DNA of 64,000 nt from NCBI GenBank assembly GCA_035941675.1, contig DASZDT010000004.1:1837-65836 (forward strand), read 5' to 3'. Within the stretch, counting starts at the first letter, position 1. Each line of letters opens with the position of its first letter. Shown piece by piece: positions 37,801 to 46,691 of the stretch. Made by a program: the position numbers and the translations under genes. Under the pieces are notes generated by a model. The model searched no databases. It was not told the DNA's origin and was given only the letters and a program-made list of their open reading frames with translations. This stretch comes from Chthoniobacterales bacterium. GTDB lineage: Bacteria > Verrucomicrobiota > Verrucomicrobiia > Chthoniobacterales > UBA10450.

Positions 37801-38290
37801 CGAGCTGGCCCAGCCACTCCGGCGCCACCTTCAGTCGGGTGCTCGAGAGATTGAGCGTCTGCAATTTTGTGAGCTGGCCCAGCGACTCCGGCAGCACGGT
37901 AAGTTGATTGTTGGATAGGTCCAGCGTCTGCAATTGTGTGAGTTCGCCCAGCGATTTCGGCACTATCGTCAGTTGATTGCGGGAGAGGTCCAACGACTGC
38001 AACTGTGTGAGTTCGCTCAGCGATTTCGGCAGCGCCGTCAGTTGATTGCTGGAGAGGTTCAGCGACTGCAACTGTGTGAGCTGGCTCAGTGACTCCGGCA
38101 GCGCTGTCAATTTGTTGCCGGAGAGATCCAATGACTGTAACTGCGTCAGTTGGCCGAGTGACTCCGGCAACTCGGAAAGTTTTGGTCTACTTGCGCCGTG
38201 TTCGCTGCTGAGATCGAGTTTCTTCGCCTTTGAACGCCGCGCTTCATCGATCTTCCTCTCGGCCTCCTGATAAGTCGCGTCTTTACTCAT
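34874..38290 (-). CDS. ROCO protein: 13 LRRs, Roc GTPase, COR, plus an uncharacterised ~340-aa C-terminal module
   Basis: 13 tandem 23-aa LRRs (LTALPESLSQLTQLQSLNLSSNQ type). Roc G1 LILVGEGEVGKSSLL and G3 WDFGGQ. COR-like region (ICHRVGDLIHYEHDPVLRNIVVLKPDWL). C-terminal Cys cluster (CDVTVPC...CKG...CPIC), a coiled coil and a hydrophobic helix (FLKVLSSTLGLLLPVVAATAKVAL). Confidence 0.85.
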   Translation of the reverse strand: MSKDATYQEAERKIDEARRSKAKKLDLSSEHGASRPKLSELPESLGQLTQLQSLDLSGNKLTALPESLSQLTQLQSLNLSSNQLTALPKSLSELTQLQSLDLSRNQLTIVPKSLGELTQLQTLDLSNNQLTVLPESLGQLTKLQTLNLSSTRLKVAPEWLGQLVQLRSLDLSHNELTILPECVRQLVQLQSLDLSSNQLTILPKWVGQLTRLQSISLYDNQLAALPDTLGELTRLRELWVPKNNLKEFPEVLRSLSQLTLLSLFSNHLEIVPTWIVELHALERLDLDDNEISQIPDEIGQLRGLTDLGLGTTFGGNRLTDLPPSLAQLEHLTNLDLDDNPLNPELAAAYKMGLDAIKRYLRAKAAAKVVLNEAKLILVGEGEVGKSSLLGALRGDPWQEGRPTTHGIEIKPVKVIDPATATEITLNGWDFGGQRVYRPTHQLFFSAPAVYLVVWKPREGPQQGFVKEWIKLVKHREPEAKILVVATHGGPEARQPDIDRQEIWDLFGENTVIDFFHVDCRPPEPNEKNGARTGACKGIEDLKNAIAKVAASLPEVGRSVPKHWQEAREALRTSKEAYLPLDRVYAICKRHKVDEEDASLLIRICHRVGDLIHYEHDPVLRNIVVLKPDWLATAVSFVLDDENTRHNHGLVTFRRLGQLWNHRTRAPEFRYPAPLHSIFLRLMERFDLSYRIAEGGGNDTDGTSLIAQLVPDVRPETDLKGVWPEDLAQGDEQQLQICRIVETANNQSATAEGLFYQLIVRLHKFSLGRANFRDSVHWQRGLVVEDDTGARAFLEHIGNDVRITVRSPYPPRFLSALTYEVKWLVESFWGGLRCDVTVPCLVPLPNGDVCKGLFEVGKLLENKKRGRPEQPCPICNEWQNIDQLLDNAPAARANPIEELLTHQDKMMQRLDDIRVQLAAHEVQVIGRFDRVDATGREIVSKVEDAYTALMRTVVDEAKEGPRLFSFEPAEPGFFDRPKWISAKFRLTLWCEHSRRPLWFYSDDKDAGAYTIDLPREWLVKAAPFLKVLSSTLGLLLPVVAATAKVALPETSYKGIEAQLALGKATAESLLKGGGEVGEWLTKDDGIDLQAGTTIRAEGGVLRQLHAWLKEEDPTFGGLVRVQNKRQEFLWVHPSFEAEY
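37268..38179. repeat. tandem 69-bp coding repeats (LRR units) within the ROCO gene
   Basis: Nucleotide-level recurrence of ...gtccaacgactgcaactgtgtgagttcgc.cagcgatttcggca... blocks every 69 nt. Confidence 0.7.
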
Positions 38291-38549
38291 GGATGTTGGG
38301 AGTCAATTCATTGTCCAATTGCTTTGCGGAGAGAGGTCGGCTTCAGCGCGCAGCTACATTGTGACTGACAGATACTCGAAACAGAAAGCGCGCTCCAGAC
38401 GAAACACGACGATGGTGCCGTTGCAAGTCCCTGAGTGTAAACGACGGTGAAAAGTTCGCTCGGCAGAATGTCTCGCCAGCAAGCTGCAAGCGTGCGCTTC
38501 CTGGAACTTGCCGCGATGCGTTTCATCGGCAGATTGCCCCTTCACTTCT

Positions 38550-39953
38550 ATGGCTCAACCGACTCTCGCGCACCAGCTCGCCTCCTTCGCCTGCTCCCTG
38601 AATTTCGAAGATCTCTCGAAGAACGTCGTCCACGAGGTGAAACGGCGGCTGATCGATTCACTGGGGTGCGCGCTCGGAGCGTGGAACGAAGAGCCGTGCA
38701 CGATCGCGCGCGAGGTCGTCTCGGATTTTTCGGCCAGGAACGGCGCGACGGTTTTCGGCACGTCGCACAAGGCGCCGCCGGATTGGGCGGCGTTCGCGAA
38801 CGGCTGCCAGATTCGCTATTTCGATTACAACGACACCTATCTCTCGAAAGAGCCGGCGCATCCGAGCGACAATTTTGCAGCGGTGCTCGCGGTGGGCGAG
38901 AGCGTTGGCGCGACCGGCAAGGAAATGATCCTGGCGACGGCGATCGCGTATGAAGTGCAATGCCGCCTCTGCGATGCCGCCAGCATTCGGGCTCGCGGCT
39001 GGGATCATCCGACCTATGGCGCGTTCTCGACCGCGCTGGCCTGCGCGAAATTGATGCAGCTCGATCCGGAACGGACCCGGCACGCCATCAATATCGCGGG
39101 CGTGCATTGCGCGGCTTTCCGGCAGGCGCGGGTGGGGGAACTTTCGCATTGGAAGGGTGTAGCATTCGCGAACGCGGCGCGGCTCGGCGCTTACGCGGCG
39201 TTATTGGCCCGCGCCGGCATGACCGGCCCGGCGCCGATTTTCGAAGGCACCATGGGATTCGAAAAAGAACTGGGCGTGTCGTTAGGCAACGTGCGCGAGG
39301 TGTTCGACAAGACAAAGGAAGCGATGCCCGGCGAAGGACCGGCGTCGATGATTTTGAAGACGAGCATCAAGTATTGGCCCGCGGAATATCACAGCCAGAG
39401 CGCGATCGAAGCCGCGCTCTTTTTGCGCAACCAGATCCAGGACTTGTCGCAGGTAAAAACGATGGTGATCGAGAGTCACGACGCGTCGGTCGATATTATC
39501 GGGAGCGAACCGGAGAAATGGCATCCGCAAAGCCGCGAGACCGCCGATCACAGTTTGCCTTACATCACGGCGGTGGCGTTGATCGACGGCGAAGTGACCG
39601 ACAAGCAGTTCGCGCCCGAGCGGTTCACGGAGACCGGGATTGTTTCATTTCTCCAGGGCGTGAAGGTGGAGCGCAACGATGAGTTGAGCGCTCTCTACGC
39701 GGAAGCGGTCGCGAACATTGTTCACGTCAATCTCGCGGACGGACGGACGCTAACGAAGCGGGTCGATTACCCATTGGGGAACGCGAAGAACCGGTTGAAA
39801 GATTCCGAGCTCGAAGGAAAATTCGTGAACCTCGCCGCTCCGAAAATCGGTAAAGAGGCGGCTGATCGCGTCCTGGAACTGGGCTGGAAGTTCGATGAGG
39901 CGGGTAACGTTTCAGAACTGATGAAGTCGCTCGAAATGCCGGCCCGCTCATGA
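38550..39953 (+). CDS. prpD: 2-methylcitrate dehydratase
   Basis: MmgE/PrpD-family motifs (DSLGCALGA, YFDYNDTYL, HPSDNFAAVLAVGE, DHSLPYITAVALIDG). ATG 38550 chosen. Operon with prpB and prpC. Confidence 0.9.
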   Translation: MAQPTLAHQLASFACSLNFEDLSKNVVHEVKRRLIDSLGCALGAWNEEPCTIAREVVSDFSARNGATVFGTSHKAPPDWAAFANGCQIRYFDYNDTYLSKEPAHPSDNFAAVLAVGESVGATGKEMILATAIAYEVQCRLCDAASIRARGWDHPTYGAFSTALACAKLMQLDPERTRHAINIAGVHCAAFRQARVGELSHWKGVAFANAARLGAYAALLARAGMTGPAPIFEGTMGFEKELGVSLGNVREVFDKTKEAMPGEGPASMILKTSIKYWPAEYHSQSAIEAALFLRNQIQDLSQVKTMVIESHDASVDIIGSEPEKWHPQSRETADHSLPYITAVALIDGEVTDKQFAPERFTETGIVSFLQGVKVERNDELSALYAEAVANIVHVNLADGRTLTKRVDYPLGNAKNRLKDSELEGKFVNLAAPKIGKEAADRVLELGWKFDEAGNVSELMKSLEMPARS

Positions 39954-40789
39954 CTTCACCCGCCGCCCGCTTACGCGAATTGATTCGCGACGGCTGCGTC
40001 GCGATGCCGGGCGTGTTCAACGCCGGGATGGGCCGGCTGGTCGAACGCGCGGGCTTTGACGCCCTCTACATTAGTGGCGCCGGGTTGTGCAACGCGACCG
40101 CAGGGGTGCCGGATATCGGGCTGCTGACGCTGACGGAAGTGGCGCAGCTCGCCGGCTACGTCGCGCACGCCGTGAAAATTCCGTGCATTGTCGATGCCGA
40201 TACCGGTTTTGGGGGGCCCGAAAACGCGGCGCGAACGATTCGAAATTTTGAGCGCGCCGGACTGGCCGGTTGCCATATCGAGGACCAGGAATTCCCAAAA
40301 CGCTGCGGCCATCTCGCCGGCAAGTCGCTGGTCGCGGTTGAAGACATGAATGAGAAGATTGCGGCGGCCGCGGCGGCGAAACGGGACAAGGATTTCCTGC
40401 TCATTGCTCGGACGGACGCGCGCGCGGTCGAGAGTTTCGCGAAAGCCGTCGAGCGGGCGCAGGCCTACCTGGCCGCGGGCGCTGACGCCATTTTTCCCGA
40501 AGCCCTCCAGAACGAGGAGGAGTTCCGGGAGTTCGCCCGCGAAGTGAAAGCGCCGCTCCTGGCGAACATGACGGAATTCGGGAAGAGCCCGCTCCTCTCG
40601 TTAGGCCGGCTGGCGGACCTGGGATATCGGATGGTGATTTATCCGCAGACGGCCTTTCGCGTTTCCATGTTTGCCGCCGGGCAAATGTTGCGCGATTTGA
40701 AAAAGAGCGGAACGCAGGCCGGCTGGTTGGAGCGGATGCAAACGCGCCAGGAACTTTACGACTTGTTGGGATACGATCCGACGAAATGA
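39950..40789 (+). CDS. prpB: methylisocitrate lyase
   Basis: MPGVFNAG, IVDADTGFGG, AGCHIEDQEFPKRCGHLAGK (K[KR]CGH motif). ATGA overlap with prpD. Confidence 0.9.
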   Translation: MTSPAARLRELIRDGCVAMPGVFNAGMGRLVERAGFDALYISGAGLCNATAGVPDIGLLTLTEVAQLAGYVAHAVKIPCIVDADTGFGGPENAARTIRNFERAGLAGCHIEDQEFPKRCGHLAGKSLVAVEDMNEKIAAAAAAKRDKDFLLIARTDARAVESFAKAVERAQAYLAAGADAIFPEALQNEEEFREFAREVKAPLLANMTEFGKSPLLSLGRLADLGYRMVIYPQTAFRVSMFAAGQMLRDLKKSGTQAGWLERMQTRQELYDLLGYDPTK

Positions 40790-40796
40790 CAACGCT

Positions 40797-41942
40797 ATGA
40801 GCACAGACACGAAACCATCCTACAGCCCCGGCCTCGCCGGGGTGGTGGCGGGCGAAACCGAAATCTGCTGGGTCGATCCGAATGCCGGCCTGATGTACCG
40901 CGGCTACGACATCCACGAGATGGCGGAGAAAGCGAACTTCGAGGAAGTCGCCTATTTGCTCCTCAACGGCGAGCTCCCGAACCAGGAGCAGCTCGTCGAA
41001 TTCAGCCGGCAAATCGCGCAGGATCGCGCTGTCCCCAAGGAAGTGCTCGATGCCCTTCGGCTCATGCCGAAAAACACGCACCCGATGGACATGCTGCGCA
41101 CGGGTGTTTCGATCCTCGCCCCGTTCGACCCCGAGCTGAACGACCATTCGCACGAAGCCAATGTTCGCAAAGCCATCCGGTTGATCGCGAAGGTCTCGAC
41201 CCTGATCACCGACGGCTTCCGGATCCAGAAGGACGAAGACATTATCCAGGACAAACCCGATCTCTCCATGGCCGGGAATTTTTTCTACAAGCTCACCGGC
41301 GCCGTTCCGGAGGATTGGCAAATCCGGATGATGGACACGATTTTCATCCTTTACGCGGACCACGAATACAACGCCTCGACTTTCGCGGCGCGGGTCACGG
41401 CGTCGACGCTCGCCGATATGTATGCGGCGGTCACGAGCGCCTGCGGGACGTTGAAGGGCCCGTTGCACGGCGGCGCGAACGAGGAATCGATCTACATGCT
41501 GAACGCCATCGCGACTCCGGACCGAGCGGAGGCGTGGCTGACGGATGCCCTGGCGAAAAAGGCGAAGATCATGGGCTTCGGCCATCGCGTCTATAAGAGC
41601 GGTGATTCGAGAGTGCCGATCATGCGCGAGATCGCGCGCGATCTCGGGAAACGCGTGGGCAAGGAAAACTGGGTGCCGATTTGCGAGAAGCTCGAGCAAA
41701 CGATGGAGCGCGAGAAAGGTCTCTGCGCGAACGTCGATCTCTACGCGGCCCCGGTCTTCACCATGTTCGGTTTCGATCCGGCCTTGAACACCCCGATCTT
41801 CGCCGCGTCGCGCATCGCCGGCTGGTGCGCCCACGTGATCGAGCAGCATGACCACAACCGGCTGATCCGTCCGCGCTCGCTTTACACCGGGCCGGAATTG
41901 CGGCCGTATCCGGGATCCGTCGCGGGCAACGGAGCAAAGTGA
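40797..41942 (+). CDS. prpC: 2-methylcitrate synthase / citrate synthase family
   Basis: GLAGVVAGETEI, YRGYDI, ILYADHEYNASTFAARV, GPLHGGANE, GFGHRVYK. Confidence 0.9.
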   Translation: MSTDTKPSYSPGLAGVVAGETEICWVDPNAGLMYRGYDIHEMAEKANFEEVAYLLLNGELPNQEQLVEFSRQIAQDRAVPKEVLDALRLMPKNTHPMDMLRTGVSILAPFDPELNDHSHEANVRKAIRLIAKVSTLITDGFRIQKDEDIIQDKPDLSMAGNFFYKLTGAVPEDWQIRMMDTIFILYADHEYNASTFAARVTASTLADMYAAVTSACGTLKGPLHGGANEESIYMLNAIATPDRAEAWLTDALAKKAKIMGFGHRVYKSGDSRVPIMREIARDLGKRVGKENWVPICEKLEQTMEREKGLCANVDLYAAPVFTMFGFDPALNTPIFAASRIAGWCAHVIEQHDHNRLIRPRSLYTGPELRPYPGSVAGNGAK

Positions 41943-42406
41943 GCGAAGAGAAATCGCTCCAGGAATTTTACGCGCCGGCCAACGCCTGCTTCGGCTGCGG
42001 GCCGTCGAACCCGGACGGCCTCCACATTCGCAGCTTCGTCCGCGGCGATGAAATCGTGGCGGAATGGAAACCCGAGCCGCGTTACGAAGCGTTTCCCGGA
42101 GTTCTGAACGGCGGCATCATCGGGGCGTTGCTGGATTGCCACTGCAACTGGACTGCGGCCTGGCACCTGATGAAATCCGCGGGCGAAGATCGGCCGCCGT
42201 GCACGGTGACGGCGGATTACGCGATCAAGCTTTTGCGGCCGACGCCGACCGACGGCCCGGTGTTCCTCTCCGCCAAGGTCGTCGAATCGGCCGGGAACAA
42301 AGCGACTGTCGACGGCACTTTGAGCGCGGGCGGGAAAGTTTGCGCGACCTGTCGCGGGACGTTTGTCGCGGTGAAGGAAGGCCACCCGGCCTTTCACCGC
42401 TGGTAA
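41939..42406 (+). CDS. PaaI-family hotdog-fold thioesterase
   Basis: CFGCGPSNPDGLHI, GVLNGGIIGALLDCH. GTGA overlap with prpC. Confidence 0.75.
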   Translation: MSEEKSLQEFYAPANACFGCGPSNPDGLHIRSFVRGDEIVAEWKPEPRYEAFPGVLNGGIIGALLDCHCNWTAAWHLMKSAGEDRPPCTVTADYAIKLLRPTPTDGPVFLSAKVVESAGNKATVDGTLSAGGKVCATCRGTFVAVKEGHPAFHRW

Positions 42407-42407
42407 G

Positions 42408-43343
42408 TTAGCGTCGCTCCTGCGCGGTCGATTGTTCGGCCAGCAGAATTTTTTCCGCGGGAACGCGCCGCAGCTTTTTCGTCAGTCCGACCTTGGACAA
42501 GGACCAGATAATCCACTTCGTCGGATCGAAGTTCCATGGCTTTACGCCGTTGCGGTAATCGTGTTGAAACTCGTGGTGATAGTTGTGATAGCCCTCGCCC
42601 ATCGTGAAAATCGCGAGGAGCCATGAATCTCGCGCCGAACATTTGGTCGAGTAGGGCTGCGTTCCCATCACGTGGCAGGCGCTGTTGATCAAAAACGTGC
42701 AGTGTTGCAGGACGACGACGCGCGCGACCCCGGCGATCAGGAACCCGCCCAGGGCGCCCGGCCAGCCGTCCCAGAAGAAACCGGCGATCGAAGGAAGGAC
42801 GAAGCTCACGATCACCGCGATGACCTGAACGTAGCGGTGCTGCCACTGGACCAGCCTGTCTTTCATCAAATCCGGCACGTTGTCGTAGGAGGGATCGCCG
42901 TGGAGCTTGAAGAGGAGCCAGCCAATGTGCGCGTAGAAAAATCCCTTCGAGATGCTGTAAGGATCGTCGTCGTGATCGACATGCTTATGGTGGAGGCGAT
43001 GTTCGCTCGCCCACATCAGCGCGGAGTTCTCGAACGCGGCCGCCCCGAAAATGAGGGTGAGAAGGCGGATCGGCCACGCCGCCTGGAAAGCCATGTGCGA
43101 AAACAACCGGTGATAGCCGATCGAAATGCTGAACCCGCAGGCCAGCAGCATGCAAAAGAAAAGCGCGACGTGGAACCAGTCGATCCCGAAATAATAAAGA
43201 TAAACCGGAACGGCCGTTAGCGTCAGGACGAGAGTTCCGATGAGGAACGAACTCGTGATCCAGTTGATGCGTTCGAAGGGGAACTGGCGGACGAAACGAA
43301 TCGGCCACGCCACCGCCTCAGCTTCTGTAATCGTTGAGTCCAT
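42408..43343 (-). CDS. acyl-CoA (delta-9-type) fatty acid desaturase
   Basis: Three His boxes: GYHRLFSH, EHRLHHKHVDHDDDP, GEGYHNYHHEF. ATG 43343 (MDSTITEAE) chosen. Confidence 0.85.
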   Translation of the reverse strand: MDSTITEAEAVAWPIRFVRQFPFERINWITSSFLIGTLVLTLTAVPVYLYYFGIDWFHVALFFCMLLACGFSISIGYHRLFSHMAFQAAWPIRLLTLIFGAAAFENSALMWASEHRLHHKHVDHDDDPYSISKGFFYAHIGWLLFKLHGDPSYDNVPDLMKDRLVQWQHRYVQVIAVIVSFVLPSIAGFFWDGWPGALGGFLIAGVARVVVLQHCTFLINSACHVMGTQPYSTKCSARDSWLLAIFTMGEGYHNYHHEFQHDYRNGVKPWNFDPTKWIIWSLSKVGLTKKLRRVPAEKILLAEQSTAQERR

Positions 43344-43449
43344 CTGCGGAACGAAGTGATAATAATGCCGCCGTTTTTCGCGTCTGCCACCGGATTTTTC
43401 TGGCGTGGCGCGGTATTGAGTCGGACGTTTCGGCGAAACGTTCCAGCTT

Positions 43450-45858
43450 GTGCCAGACGAACCGCATAGCGACACGGTCGCGCAAAAACCTGATGAGGTG
43501 GGACGCGGCGCGCCGCCCAGTCCGCCGGTGCCCGACGCCGATCGCGACCAGGAAAATCCGACCCGCGGCGCGCAGGCTCCATCCAAAACGAGCGCTGAAA
43601 TTGCCGAGCCTTCTTCGGTTGCCGCCGGGTTGCCCGCGATGTATCAAACCGCGCGGTTCGCCGTGCGCGAGATGGGAATCGCGCGCGGCTTCAAGACGCT
43701 GCTCAACGTAAATAAGAAAGACGGGTTCGATTGCCAAAGCTGCGCCTGGCCCAGTCCCGACGGCGATCGGCAAGTAGCGGAGTTTTGCGAGAACGGCGCG
43801 AAAGCGATCGCCGACGAAGCCACCACAAAAAAGATCGCGGCAGAATTTTTCCGCGAACATTCCCTCGATGATTTGCGGGGCCGGAGCGATTTCTGGCTGG
43901 GACAACAAGGCCGCCTGACGGAGCCGATGGTGAAACGTGCCGGCGCCACCCATTACGAACCGATTTCGTGGGACGCCGCCTTCGAACTCGTCGCGACGGA
44001 ACTGAACGCGTTGCCTTCGCCGGACGCGGCGGCGTTCTACACCAGCGGGCGAACCAGCAACGAAGCGGCTTTTCTGTACCAGCTTTTCGCTCGCCAGTTC
44101 GGCACGAACAACCTGCCGGATTGTTCGAACATGTGCCACGAATCCAGCGGCGCCGCGATGAACGAGACCCTCGGCATCGGCAAAGGTTGCGTGAAGCTGG
44201 AGGACTTCGATCACGCCGACGCGATTTTTATCATCGGCCAAAATCCGGGCACGAATCACCCGCGGATGCTGTCCAGCCTCGAGCGCGCGAAACTGCGCGG
44301 GGCGAAGATCGTTTCGATCAACCCGCTCCCGGAGGTGGGCAACTTCCGATTCAAGAATCCGCAGGACCTGAAGAACCCGCTCCGCGCCCCTGCCGTGTTT
44401 TTCGGCGGCGGAACGAAGCTGAGCGATCTCTGGTTGCCGCTGCGGATCAACGGCGACGTGGCTGTCCTTAAAGGCATCATGAAAGAGATGCTGGCCGAGG
44501 AAGACGCGCGGCCGGGCTCGGTCTTCGATCGCGAGTTCATCCGCGATTCCACCGCCGGTTACGCCGAATTCGTCGCCGACCTGCGCGCCACGGATTGGGA
44601 CGATGTCCTCGTGAGCAGCGGCCTTACGCGCGACAAAATCCGCGCGGCCGCTGAGATCGCGATGGAATCAAAACGCATCATCTGTTGCTGGGCGATGGGA
44701 TTGACCCAGCACAAGAACGCCGTCGCCACCATCCAGGAGATCGTCAATTTTCTGCTGCTCGGCGGAAACATCGGGCGCAGAGGCGCCGGGCCGTGCCCCG
44801 TCCGCGGGCATTCCAACGTCCAGGGCGATCGCACCATGGGAATCTGGGAACGGATGAACGACAACTTCCTCGATAAACTCGGCGCCGAATTTGGATTCGC
44901 TCCGCCGCGGGAGCATGGCGCCGATACCGTCGAGACGATCAAGCAAATGCACGAAGGCCGGATCCGCGTCTTTTTCGCGATGGGCGGCAATTTTCTGTCG
45001 GCAACCCCGGACACGGAATTCACGGCGAAAGCGTTGCAGCGGTGCCGGCTGACCGCCCACGTCTCGATCAAGCTCAACCGCTCGCACCTGATCACCGGCG
45101 ACACTGCGCTCATCCTGCCCTGTCTCGGCCGCACCGAGGTCGACCGGCAGGCGGGCGCCGAACAATTCGTGACGGTGGAGGATTCGATGGGGATCATCAA
45201 CCCGTCGCGCGGCGTCCTCGAACCGGCGAGCGAACAATTGCGCAGCGAACCGGCGATCGTCGCCGGTCTGGCGCGCGCCACTCTGGGAGAGCGATCGGGC
45301 GTCGATTGGGAAGGGCTCGTCGCCGATTACAATCGGATCCGCGATCGGATCGAAAACGTCATTCCCGGTTTCGAGCAGTTCAACGAACGGATCGCGCGCG
45401 ACATTTTCTATCTGCCGAATGCGGCACGCGACGAACGCAAGTTCGCCACGGACGTCGGCAGGGCGAAATTCACCGTTCATCCCATTCCGCGGAACGAGCT
45501 GGCGCCCGGCCGCTACATCATGATGACGATCCGGTCGCACGACCAGTTCAACACTCACCTTTACGGATTGGACGATCGTTACCGCGGCGTGTTCAACGGC
45601 CGTCGTGTCGTCTTCATGAACCTGGACGACGTCGCCGCCGCCGGCTTGAAGCGCGGGCAGCTCGTCGACCTAACGAGTCATCACGAAGACGAAGAGCGGA
45701 CCGCGGCCGGTTTCCAGGTCGTGCCCTACGATATCCCGCGCGGCTGCACGGCCACTTATTTCCCCGAGGGCAATGCGCTCGTTTCCATCAACAGCGTCGC
45801 GGAGCGGTCGAACACGCCGGCAAGCAAGTTCGTGATCATCTCGATCACGGCGCACTGA
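43450..45858 (+). CDS. FdhF/YdeP-family molybdopterin oxidoreductase
   Basis: DGFDCQSCAWP, NLPDCSNMCHESSG, GQNPGTNHPRML, typical YdeP-family blocks. Start uncertain (GTG 43450; no ATG before the conserved region). Confidence 0.85.
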   Translation: MPDEPHSDTVAQKPDEVGRGAPPSPPVPDADRDQENPTRGAQAPSKTSAEIAEPSSVAAGLPAMYQTARFAVREMGIARGFKTLLNVNKKDGFDCQSCAWPSPDGDRQVAEFCENGAKAIADEATTKKIAAEFFREHSLDDLRGRSDFWLGQQGRLTEPMVKRAGATHYEPISWDAAFELVATELNALPSPDAAAFYTSGRTSNEAAFLYQLFARQFGTNNLPDCSNMCHESSGAAMNETLGIGKGCVKLEDFDHADAIFIIGQNPGTNHPRMLSSLERAKLRGAKIVSINPLPEVGNFRFKNPQDLKNPLRAPAVFFGGGTKLSDLWLPLRINGDVAVLKGIMKEMLAEEDARPGSVFDREFIRDSTAGYAEFVADLRATDWDDVLVSSGLTRDKIRAAAEIAMESKRIICCWAMGLTQHKNAVATIQEIVNFLLLGGNIGRRGAGPCPVRGHSNVQGDRTMGIWERMNDNFLDKLGAEFGFAPPREHGADTVETIKQMHEGRIRVFFAMGGNFLSATPDTEFTAKALQRCRLTAHVSIKLNRSHLITGDTALILPCLGRTEVDRQAGAEQFVTVEDSMGIINPSRGVLEPASEQLRSEPAIVAGLARATLGERSGVDWEGLVADYNRIRDRIENVIPGFEQFNERIARDIFYLPNAARDERKFATDVGRAKFTVHPIPRNELAPGRYIMMTIRSHDQFNTHLYGLDDRYRGVFNGRRVVFMNLDDVAAAGLKRGQLVDLTSHHEDEERTAAGFQVVPYDIPRGCTATYFPEGNALVSINSVAERSNTPASKFVIISITAH

Positions 45859-46654
45859 AAACGATCCGTTCGATGTGCGAATAAACGTTGAAGGTCGGCG
45901 GCCGCAGAAATCCAACCAGGGTCTGGCCACATTCCCGCGCGAAGTTCACCGCCAGCGAAGACGGCGCCGAGACAGCCGCTATGAACGGGATGCGGGCCGC
46001 GAGCGCTTTTTGGACGATCTCGAGCGAAGAACGTCCGCTGACCATCAAGACCGCTGCGTTCAGCGGCAACAACCCGTCGAGCAACGCGCGGCCGATCGCT
46101 TTATCCACGGCGTTGTGACGCCCGATGTCTTCGCGCGCGACGATGGGCTCGCCCTGCGCGCCGAAAATTCCCGCGGCGTGGATGCCGCCAGTCCGCGCAA
46201 AATTTCCCTGCGCCCGGCGAAGTTTGTCCGGCAAATCCAGCAGGGTCGTTTCCGCGATCCGCATTCCGTCCGTGACAAAATCGATCGCGGGAAAATTCTG
46301 GCGGATCGCGTCGATGCTGGTCTTGCCGCAAAGCCCGCAACTGCTCGTGATGGTCCCGAAGCGCTGCGAGGCGCCGGGCGTGAATTTCACGGTCGCCGCC
46401 AGTTCGACTTCGACGATGTTTTCGGCGGGCCGCGACGTCGCGCGAATCTCTTCGCGGTTGCGGATGATTCCTTCCGAGAGAAGAAATCCGGCGGCCAGCT
46501 CTTCGTCGTGGCCCGGGGTGCGCATCGTCGTCGCGATGGTGGCGGCGCCGATCCGGATTTCGAGCGGCTCTTCGATCGCGACCTCATCGGTCACGCATTC
46601 GTGGTCGCCCTTCCCTTTCCGGCGAATGATGCTGCCGACGCCGATCCCCTGCAT
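45845..46654 (-). CDS. fdhD: formate dehydrogenase accessory sulfurtransferase
   Basis: MRTPGHDEELAAGFLLSEGII, SSCGLCGKTSIDAI, GGIHAAG, DIGRHNAVDK. Confidence 0.85.
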   Translation of the reverse strand: MQGIGVGSIIRRKGKGDHECVTDEVAIEEPLEIRIGAATIATTMRTPGHDEELAAGFLLSEGIIRNREEIRATSRPAENIVEVELAATVKFTPGASQRFGTITSSCGLCGKTSIDAIRQNFPAIDFVTDGMRIAETTLLDLPDKLRRAQGNFARTGGIHAAGIFGAQGEPIVAREDIGRHNAVDKAIGRALLDGLLPLNAAVLMVSGRSSLEIVQKALAARIPFIAAVSAPSSLAVNFARECGQTLVGFLRPPTFNVYSHIERIVFSAP

Positions 46655-46691
46655 TCAAGATGATCGCACGAAAAATGACCGGAAGAAGCGA

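Noticed and set aside
37268-38179. Regular ~69-bp periodic repeats, briefly considered as a CRISPR-like array.
   Set aside because: The repeats are contiguous with no unique spacers, sit in one long ORF and encode canonical 23-aa leucine-rich repeats.
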